Shown here piece after piece: positions 27,142-33,647 of a stretch of 64,000 nucleotides of DNA. Position numbers and translations under genes: made by a program. Under the pieces are notes generated by a model, which made no database searches, was not told the DNA's origin, and saw only the letters and a program-made list of their open reading frames with translations. Source of the DNA: an uncultured Acetobacteraceae bacterium (GTDB lineage: Bacteria > Pseudomonadota > Alphaproteobacteria > Acetobacterales > Acetobacteraceae); assembly GCA_964613945.1 (NCBI GenBank), contig CAZTJC010000016.1, positions 26,283-90,282 of the forward strand, given 5' to 3'. Within the stretch, counting starts at the first letter, position 1; every line of letters starts with the position of its first letter.

Positions 27142-28152
27142 ATGGGCCTTCGTTTCATCTTCATGCTGACGCGCAACGACCGGACGGTCGCGGATGCGGC
27201 CGCTCAATTGCAGACCGCCCTCGGCCTCGGCGTCCGCCATATCGGGTTCAAGGATATCGGCCTGCCGATCGCGGAACTGAAAGCGCTGAACACGGCGATC
27301 AAGGCCGGCGGCGCGACTTCCTATCTCGAGGTCGTCTCGCTCCATCGCGACAGCGAGATCGCCTCGGCGACCGCCGCCGTCGCCATCGGCGTGGACGTCA
27401 TGCTCGGTGGCACACGGGCGGACGACGTGCTGCCGATCATCGCGGGCACGGCGATTCAGTATTGCCCGTTTCCCGGGCGAATCGTCGGACACCCCAGCAT
27501 CCTGGAAGGCAGCATCGACGAGATCGTCGCGAGCGCCCGAGACCTGGCGGCGCGCGACGGCGTTCACGGCCTCGACCTCCTGGCCTACCGGTCCCAGCAG
27601 GATGTCCCGGCGCTGATGAAAGCCGTTTGTGCCGCCACCTCCAAGCCCGTCTACATCGCGGGCTCGATCGCGACGCCGGAGCGGATCGAGATCGTCAAGG
27701 AAGCCGGCGCGGCGGGCTTCACGATCGGGACCGCAGCGCTCGACGGTATATACCCGGCCGAGGACACCGACGTGCCAACGCAGCTCGCTGCCATCATCCG
27801 CGACGTGGCGCGGCTGAACAACCACCTGTCGCCGTTCAGCAAGGAGAACCTTGCCGCCTCGTTCGGCCAGCTCTTCGATCCGCTCGCATCCCTGGTCCGT
27901 GGCCGGATCAACGGCATGCAGATCCGGCTCGCCAGGATGGCCGGCGAGAGCGCCTGGAAGTTCAGCGTGCAGAACGACGAGCTGATCTTCGTTCACAGGG
28001 GCCGTCTGCTCCTCCGCTTCCGCGACCGCGACGAGGTGGTGGAGGAAGGGGAGTTCATCGTGGTGCCGCACGGGGTCGAGCACCGCCAGACCGTGCTGCG
28101 CGACCCGTGCGAGGTCGTCGTCATCGAACCGGCGACCAGCGGCACGGCTTAG
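27142..28152 (+). CDS. uncharacterised two-domain protein: N-terminal alpha/beta (TIM-barrel-like) domain fused to a C-terminal cupin
   Basis: 336 aa. Its ATG directly follows the PdxA stop (TAGATG). The first ~230 aa show alternating beta/alpha-like blocks (FIFMLTRND, VRHIGFKDIG, YLEVVSL, VDVMLGG, GLDLLAY, VYIAGSI, GFTIGTAAL). The last ~90 aa are cupin-like (ELIFVHRGRLLLRF..GEFIVVPHGVEHR). Coding is likely; function is unknown. Confidence 0.75.
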   Translation: MGLRFIFMLTRNDRTVADAAAQLQTALGLGVRHIGFKDIGLPIAELKALNTAIKAGGATSYLEVVSLHRDSEIASATAAVAIGVDVMLGGTRADDVLPIIAGTAIQYCPFPGRIVGHPSILEGSIDEIVASARDLAARDGVHGLDLLAYRSQQDVPALMKAVCAATSKPVYIAGSIATPERIEIVKEAGAAGFTIGTAALDGIYPAEDTDVPTQLAAIIRDVARLNNHLSPFSKENLAASFGQLFDPLASLVRGRINGMQIRLARMAGESAWKFSVQNDELIFVHRGRLLLRFRDRDEVVEEGEFIVVPHGVEHRQTVLRDPCEVVVIEPATSGTA

Positions 28153-28817
28153 ACAAGGTCGCGCCGGAGGCGGTTGCCGGACCGGCGCTCGAAGTGTCCC
28201 GCCAGCAGCGATAGCGGGAACGCCATCAGGAAGTAGATGGCGCCGGTGATCAGGTAGACCGGCATCGGCATGTAGTATTCGCTGGTGATGTCGGTCGCGT
28301 TCATCATCAGCTCCGGCGCCGCGATCAGGGAGGCGACCGACGTGTCCTTCAGGAGCGAGATGGCGAAGTTCGTCATGGGCGGCAGGATGATGCGGATCGC
28401 CTGCGGCAGAACGACCAGGCGCATGACGTTGAGCCGGTGCAGGCCCAGCGCCGCCGCCGCCTCGGACTGCCCGCTACTGATGGCAGCGATGCCGGAGCGG
28501 TAGGTTTCCGCCATGTAGGCGGCGTAGTGCAGCCCGAGTGCGATCACCGCTGCCTGGAAGCCTGGGATGACGACGTTCAACGAGGTCAGTCCGAAATAGA
28601 TCAGGAAGAGCTGGGTGAGCGTGGGCGTGCCGCGGATGAACTCGATGTAGGTCCGGCAGACCAGGTACAGCCAGCGCAGGCCCGAGCCTTCGGCCAGCGC
28701 GATCAGCAGGCCTGCGACAGCGGCGAGCAGGTAGGCCAGCGACGCCATCTCGACGGTGCGCAATGCGCCGACGCCGAGTTCGGGCAGCCAGCTCTCGATG
28801 AGAGACATGGAAATCAT
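28149..28817 (-). CDS. amino-acid ABC transporter permease (His/Glu/Gln/Arg/opine family)
   Basis: Trimmed to MISMSLIES (ATGA overlap with the upstream permease stop at 28814-28817). Its stop overlaps the convergent stop of 27142-28152. Confidence 0.88.
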   Translation of the reverse strand: MISMSLIESWLPELGVGALRTVEMASLAYLLAAVAGLLIALAEGSGLRWLYLVCRTYIEFIRGTPTLTQLFLIYFGLTSLNVVIPGFQAAVIALGLHYAAYMAETYRSGIAAISSGQSEAAAALGLHRLNVMRLVVLPQAIRIILPPMTNFAISLLKDTSVASLIAAPELMMNATDITSEYYMPMPVYLITGAIYFLMAFPLSLLAGHFERRSGNRLRRDLV

Positions 28818-29491
28818 CGGCTGCGCCCGGCGGTGAGGCGGCGCTCGAGCCGACGGCCGAACACGGCGAGCGGAAAGCTGATGGTCAGATAAAGCACCGC
28901 CACGAGAAGGTAGATCTGCGTGCTGAGAAAGGTGCGGTCCACCAGCATGTGGGCGTTGAAGCTGACTTCGGGCGCCGCGACCGCGGAGGCGAGCGAGGTG
29001 TCCTTCAGCAGGCCGATCGAGAAGTTGACCAGCGACGGCAACGAAACCCGGAAGGCCTGGGGCATGATGACGTGGATCATGGTCCACGTTCGGCTGAGCC
29101 CCAGCGCGTGAGCCGCCTCGGCCTGGCCGCGTCCGACGGCCTCGATCCCGGCGCGGAACACCTCGGTGAGGTTGGCGCCGCCGTTGATGCCGAAGCCGAT
29201 GATGGCCGCCGGGATCGGGTTCAGCTTGATGCCGATGGCACCGAGACCGAAATAGATGATGAACAGCTGCGTAAGCACCGGCACCGCCCGGAACACCTCG
29301 ACATAGGCGTAGGCGAGCCAGCGCAGCACCGGGTTCCGACCGGTACGCGCGCCCGCGAACAGCAGGCCGAGGATGACCGAGACGACGAACCCGCCGACCG
29401 TGACGATCACGGTCATGAGCAGCCCGGCTAGAAGAAAGGAAAGGAACTGGGGGAGGAGCGCGTATGCCCGCCCCCACTCACCAGCGGCCAT
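28814..29491 (-). CDS. amino-acid ABC transporter permease (His/Glu/Gln/Arg/opine family)
   Basis: 225 aa. Typical blocks include VFRAVPVLTQLFIIYFGL and GQAEAAHALGLS. Confidence 0.9.
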   Translation of the reverse strand: MAAGEWGRAYALLPQFLSFLLAGLLMTVIVTVGGFVVSVILGLLFAGARTGRNPVLRWLAYAYVEVFRAVPVLTQLFIIYFGLGAIGIKLNPIPAAIIGFGINGGANLTEVFRAGIEAVGRGQAEAAHALGLSRTWTMIHVIMPQAFRVSLPSLVNFSIGLLKDTSLASAVAAPEVSFNAHMLVDRTFLSTQIYLLVAVLYLTISFPLAVFGRRLERRLTAGRSR

Positions 29492-29494
29492 GGA

Positions 29495-30436
29495 TCAGGT
29501 GAAATAGGCGCTGAAGTCTTTCCGCGGATGCGCGCCCGGACCGATCAAATCGTCGGCCTCGTCGCGGTCGGTGCCAAGGCGCTTGTTGCTGGGTGGCAGG
29601 GTCACGTAATCGGGGCTGGTCATGCCGTTCAGGGCAAGAAGCTCGGCGTTCTTTTTGGTCGCCCAGAGCCACTTGATACCGGCGTTCACCGCATCGAACA
29701 GGTCGGGGTTATCCTGGTTCATGCCCATGATCGCCAGGCCCTTGCCGCTGAGGTTCGGGTATTGGTCGTTGGGCTTGATCGGCACCTGCTTCAGCGCCAG
29801 ACCCGGTTGCTGAAGGATGAGGTAGTCCACCGTCATGCTGTCGAGGATGGCGTAGTCGGTGCGCCCGGCCACCAGGTCGCGCACGCAGGAATCCGTGTTG
29901 TCGTAGAGCATCACGTCCTTGATGCCGGGGATTTTCTTGGCATCCACGACGTAGTTGGTGCCGGTGATGCTGCCGACCACGGCACCCTTCAGCTCGTTCG
30001 GGTCTATCACGCTGCCGGATGGATGGTCCGCCCGCATGGTGATGAAATTGACACCATAATAGATTGCATCCGTCAGCAGCATCGCGTCGGCACGGGCCTT
30101 GGTCCAGCCCATGTCGCCGCACATGATGTCGGCGCGGCCGGAGCGGATTGCCTGAATGGTGGCGCTCCAGGCCATGATGGCGGGCTTGGCCTGGAGGCCG
30201 AGCTTCTCCGCGATGGCCTGGACCATCAATGCGTCGCTACCCTCCAGCTTGCCGTCGTGCAGGCCCGTGACGGGCATGGTTCCGCTCATGGCGATGGTGA
30301 TGTAGCCATCCTCGACGGTGCGCAGCTTCGGCGGCGGCGGGGCGGCGAGGGCCGGCCGGGCCAGCAGCCCGGTGCCGATCGCAGCGGTCGTTCCCAGAAA
30401 TGCGCGGCGGGACAGCGGTGATGGTGCGAACGGCAT
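29495..30436 (-). CDS. amino-acid ABC transporter substrate-binding protein (family 3), Tat-type signal
   Basis: 313 aa. Signal SRRAFLGTTAAIGTGLLARPALA. Family-3 SBP style. Lies 3 nt upstream of the permease gene. Confidence 0.85.
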   Translation of the reverse strand: MPFAPSPLSRRAFLGTTAAIGTGLLARPALAAPPPPKLRTVEDGYITIAMSGTMPVTGLHDGKLEGSDALMVQAIAEKLGLQAKPAIMAWSATIQAIRSGRADIMCGDMGWTKARADAMLLTDAIYYGVNFITMRADHPSGSVIDPNELKGAVVGSITGTNYVVDAKKIPGIKDVMLYDNTDSCVRDLVAGRTDYAILDSMTVDYLILQQPGLALKQVPIKPNDQYPNLSGKGLAIMGMNQDNPDLFDAVNAGIKWLWATKKNAELLALNGMTSPDYVTLPPSNKRLGTDRDEADDLIGPGAHPRKDFSAYFT

Positions 30437-30521
30437 GAGTATCTCCGGTTGGCGCTAGGCCAAGTCTGCACAAGGATACACCGACCGCAACGAGTAATAT
30501 TAGATTTGGAGCCTTTGAGGG

Positions 30522-30537
30522 TTAAGTCCGAAGTTAA
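30522..30537. promoter_or_regulatory. TTAAGTCCGAAGTTAA (TTAA-N8-TTAA), near-copy of the dyad at 19443-19458
   Basis: Lies in the 188-nt AT-rich divergent region between the SBP (minus) and the DAO oxidoreductase (plus). It shares GGNTTAAGTCC-N5-TTAATGT with the LysR promoter region. Confidence 0.35.
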
Positions 30538-30624
30538 TGTAAGGTTTATTGTGTCTTCGATTGCTGCCTGTTCATTGCTGGCGCACTGTCCGGAGTAATA
30601 GACCTGGAAATTGAAAGCACGGCG

Positions 30625-31959
30625 ATGCCCGTTCAAGTTGACGTTGTTCAGGACAGTTCGGGCTTTCCATGCGAGGTCGATGCCGTCGTCATAGGCGCCG
30701 GGATCATCGGCACCTGCACCGCCTACGAATTGGCAAAAGGTGGTCACTCGGTCGCTTTGCTCGAAAAGGGCGTGGTCGGTGGCGAACAGTCGGGGCGGAA
30801 CTGGGGCTGGGTCCGGCAGCAGAATCGCGACCTGCACGAACTGGAATTGGCGATCATCAGCGTCGCACGCTGGGATGCGCTGGGCCGTGAAACCGGGCGC
30901 GACCTCGGCTTTCGGCAGACCGGCAACCTCATCTGCACCGATAAGCCGGCGGTTCTCGCCCAATGGGAGGCTTGGCTCCGCTCGGCGGGCAAGATGGGCT
31001 ATTCCAGCGACCTGCTGACCCCTGCCCAGGCCAAGGAGCGCACGCCGGGGACGGTGACGAACTGGATTGGCGGCGTGTGGTCGCCTTCCGGCTCGCGTGC
31101 TGAGCCCAGCATGGCGGTGCCGGCCATTGCCGAGGGCGCCAAGGCGCTGGGGGTGTCGCTGCACCAGAACTGTGCCGTGCGCGGCCTCGAGATCACCAAC
31201 GGTGCGGTGCAGGGCGTCTGGACGGAGCGCGGTCTCCTGCGGGCGCCGATCGTGGTGGCCGCAGGCGGCGCGTGGACCTCGCGCCTGGTCCGCCGTCACG
31301 GCATCGATCTGCCGGTCGCGAACATCGGCGCGACAGCGATGCGGACCAAGCCGATGGCCGATGTTCTGACCGCCGGCAATTTCGCGGCCCCTGGCTTCGC
31401 CATGCGGCGCCGGGTCGATGGCGGCTACACCGTCGCCGTTCCAGGCCACGGCACGCTCAACATCGCGCCCCAGAGCCTGCGTTACGCGACGCGGTTCTAT
31501 CAGATGTACCGCGCCAAGCTGGCCAAGAAGATCAGTTACCGCCTGAACACCTCGTTCTGGAACGGTCCGGAGGCAGCCGGAAACTGGCACAATGACGGGA
31601 TCTCGCCGTTCGAGCGGATACGCATCCTGGACCCGGCGCCCGACCGGAAGATGGTGGACTTGGCCGTCAGCAACCTCGCCAAGGAGTTTCCGGCGATGCG
31701 TGGGCTGGAGGTTGCCGGCGCCTGGGGCGCTTACATCGATACCTCGCCCGACCTCGTGCCGATCATTTCGACTGTGGAAAAACTCTCCGGCTTGACCGTC
31801 GCCACCGGGTTCAGCGGCCATGGCTTTGGCACCGGCCCGGGCAGCGGCCTGCTGGTGAGCCAACTCGCGACCGGTAGGACCCCCTGCGTCGATCCATCCC
31901 CGTACCGGCTGTCCCGCTTCAGCGACGGGTCGGCGATCCGTCGTCCCGAGATGATGTAG
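30625..31959 (+). CDS. FAD-dependent oxidoreductase (DAO family), paralogue of 20519-21844
   Basis: 444 aa. VDAVVIGAGIIGTCTAYELAKGGHSVALLEKG..GGEQSGRNWGWVRQQNRD and the C-terminal TGFSGHGFGTGPGSG parallel the first DAO protein block for block. Confidence 0.88.
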   Translation: MPVQVDVVQDSSGFPCEVDAVVIGAGIIGTCTAYELAKGGHSVALLEKGVVGGEQSGRNWGWVRQQNRDLHELELAIISVARWDALGRETGRDLGFRQTGNLICTDKPAVLAQWEAWLRSAGKMGYSSDLLTPAQAKERTPGTVTNWIGGVWSPSGSRAEPSMAVPAIAEGAKALGVSLHQNCAVRGLEITNGAVQGVWTERGLLRAPIVVAAGGAWTSRLVRRHGIDLPVANIGATAMRTKPMADVLTAGNFAAPGFAMRRRVDGGYTVAVPGHGTLNIAPQSLRYATRFYQMYRAKLAKKISYRLNTSFWNGPEAAGNWHNDGISPFERIRILDPAPDRKMVDLAVSNLAKEFPAMRGLEVAGAWGAYIDTSPDLVPIISTVEKLSGLTVATGFSGHGFGTGPGSGLLVSQLATGRTPCVDPSPYRLSRFSDGSAIRRPEMM

Positions 31960-32017
31960 GCAGCCCACCCGTCACCCCGGATCACCGGCACCTCGACCCA
32001 ACACTGAAAGGTTTTCC

Positions 32018-32371
32018 ATGTCGCTTCTCGTCAAGCTCGACCAGCACCCCACGACCGAACCCGTGCACTCCAAGACCGCGCCGGACCGGCTCGTTTCCGG
32101 CGACCCATCCTACAAGACCTGGGCGCAGGATGAGTCGCAGGGTGGCAAGGTCAAGACCGGTGTCTGGGAAGCGACGCCGGGCGAGAATCGCTCGATCAAG
32201 GGCGAGAAGCTCGAGTTCTGCTACCTGGTGTTCGGCAAGATCGAGCTGACGGAAGACGGTCACGAGCCGCGCATCTTCCAGACTGGCGACAGCTTCGTCA
32301 TGAAGCCCGGCTATGTCGGAACCTGGAAGACCATCGAGACCGTTCGCAAGATCTATGTCGTCGTTGGCTGA
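32018..32371 (+). CDS. cupin domain protein (DUF861 / cupin_3-like)
   Basis: 117 aa. GVWEATPGE..EFCYLVFGKIELTEDG..FQTGDSFVMKPGYVGTWKTIETVRKIYV matches my memory of the DUF861 family. Confidence 0.75.
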   Translation: MSLLVKLDQHPTTEPVHSKTAPDRLVSGDPSYKTWAQDESQGGKVKTGVWEATPGENRSIKGEKLEFCYLVFGKIELTEDGHEPRIFQTGDSFVMKPGYVGTWKTIETVRKIYVVVG

Positions 32372-32527
32372 TTTAGCCTGATCCGGGCTAACCGCGACCT
32401 GGCTGAGCCTGCGTCGGCTGTCGCGCGCGTGGCCGGAGCGCGAATGCGGAACCCCACTGACCGGGATACGCGTCTCGCACTAGTCTAGCGTCCATGCCTG
32501 CCATGCCCTCTTTCAGCGGTCGCTGAC

Positions 32528-33481
32528 GTGTCGCCGCGTCTGCCCCGGATCGCGTTCGTCACCATCGGCCAGTCGCCCCGCGACGACATCGTGCCGGAAC
32601 TGCTGATGCTCGCGGGCCAGTGGCCGGAGGACCTTCTGGTTCAGCAATTCGGGGCTCTGGATGACGTAACGGCCGACACGCTGTCGGCCACGCCCATCCA
32701 TCTCAACGAGAACAGGTTCTACACCCGGTTGGCCGGGGGCGACTACGTCACCGTCGGCGGCGGATTGATCGGTCGCCGTCTCGATCCCTTGCTGCACCGG
32801 CTGGACAGCCAGGGCTTCGACCTGATCGTGCTGATCACCACGGGACTGTTCCAGCCGATCCGGCTCTGCACGCCGTTCGTGCATGGGCAGCAAGTGGTGG
32901 ATGCGTGGATCGGCTCGCTGGTCATGGGAAGCTGCAAGCTCGGCCTGATCTACCCCTTGGCGCGGCAGCACAACGGCTTTGCCCACGGCACGCTGATCCA
33001 GAACGCCCAGGCCGTCGCCGCGACCGGCGGCACGGAGCGGCTGGAGGACGTCACGGCCGGGCTGTCGGACGCTGACCTGATCCTGATGCACTCGGTCGGC
33101 TACACGGAGCGGATGGCCGAAAGCGTGTCCGCCGCGTCCCGCAAGCCTGTTGTGACGGCCCGGCGCATCATCGCCGCCGCGTTACGAATGCATCTCGCCA
33201 ATTTGGGCGATCTGCGCCCGGCTGAAGCCGCGACCCCGACCGGCCCGGCGCTCGACGCGCTGCTGGACCGTGCCTCGTCCCTGACCCGGCGCGAGCGGGA
33301 GGTGCTCGCCGCCGCCCTGGCCGGATGCAGCAACAAGCAGATCGGCCACACGCTGGGCATCAGCCATCGTACGGTGGAGGTCCATCGTGGTCGTGGCCTG
33401 GCCAAGCTGCATGCGACCTCTCCGGCGGATTTGATCCGTCGTGCCCTGATCGGCAGTGCGCCGGTGCTGCCGGGCGACTGA
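32528..33481 (+). CDS. AroM-family domain fused to a LuxR-type HTH (one-component transcriptional regulator)
   Basis: GTG start. The first ~225 aa resemble E. coli AroM (IAFVTIGQSPRDDIVPEL, LDSQGFDLIVLITTG, ADLILMHSVGY). The C-terminus LTRREREVLAAALAGCSNKQIGHTLGISHRTVEVHRGRGLAKL is a LuxR/FixJ-type HTH. Confidence 0.8.
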   Translation: MSPRLPRIAFVTIGQSPRDDIVPELLMLAGQWPEDLLVQQFGALDDVTADTLSATPIHLNENRFYTRLAGGDYVTVGGGLIGRRLDPLLHRLDSQGFDLIVLITTGLFQPIRLCTPFVHGQQVVDAWIGSLVMGSCKLGLIYPLARQHNGFAHGTLIQNAQAVAATGGTERLEDVTAGLSDADLILMHSVGYTERMAESVSAASRKPVVTARRIIAAALRMHLANLGDLRPAEAATPTGPALDALLDRASSLTRREREVLAAALAGCSNKQIGHTLGISHRTVEVHRGRGLAKLHATSPADLIRRALIGSAPVLPGD

Positions 33482-33539
33482 GCAGGCCTGTCGCAGGCCG
33501 CTCGTTTCGACGGCAGGCACCGGCCACGACGGCGGCTTG

Positions 33540-33555
33540 TACGGGGTAGCCCGTA
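33540..33555. promoter_or_regulatory. palindrome TACGGG-GTAG-CCCGTA between the AroM-LuxR gene and the hyuA/B fusion (candidate operator)
   Basis: Perfect 6-bp arms with a 4-nt centre, about 95 nt upstream of the ATG at 33648. Read directly from the sequence. Confidence 0.3.
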
Positions 33556-33647
33556 TATCCTCGCGCGAACCGGCCGGGCAGGGTGCGCAGCGTTGGCGGA
33601 ACCCACCTGGTAGATCCGCTGCCGCGCCGCGCCGGAGCACGAACGCC

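Noticed and set aside
30499-30507. The 9-mer ATTAGATTT occurs at 30499-30507 and again at 57910-57918. TTAGATT occurs at 1772-1778. This could be a shared promoter element.
   Set aside because: The copy at 57910 lies between two convergent 3' ends, not in a promoter. Short AT-rich words are expected to recur in the few AT-rich intergenic patches. There is no flanking similarity.
33456-33647. N-terminal extensions of several track ORFs: 33456-37430, 8088-9578, 10517-12931, 20147-21844, 28149-29477, 44568-45590, 48842-50692, 50212-51000 and 58052-58549.
   Set aside because: The extended parts overlap the preceding gene, or the tRNA, in another frame and are Arg/Pro-rich. Internal starts that abut or overlap the upstream stop (ATGA/GTGA/TGATG) give proteins with canonical family N-termini.
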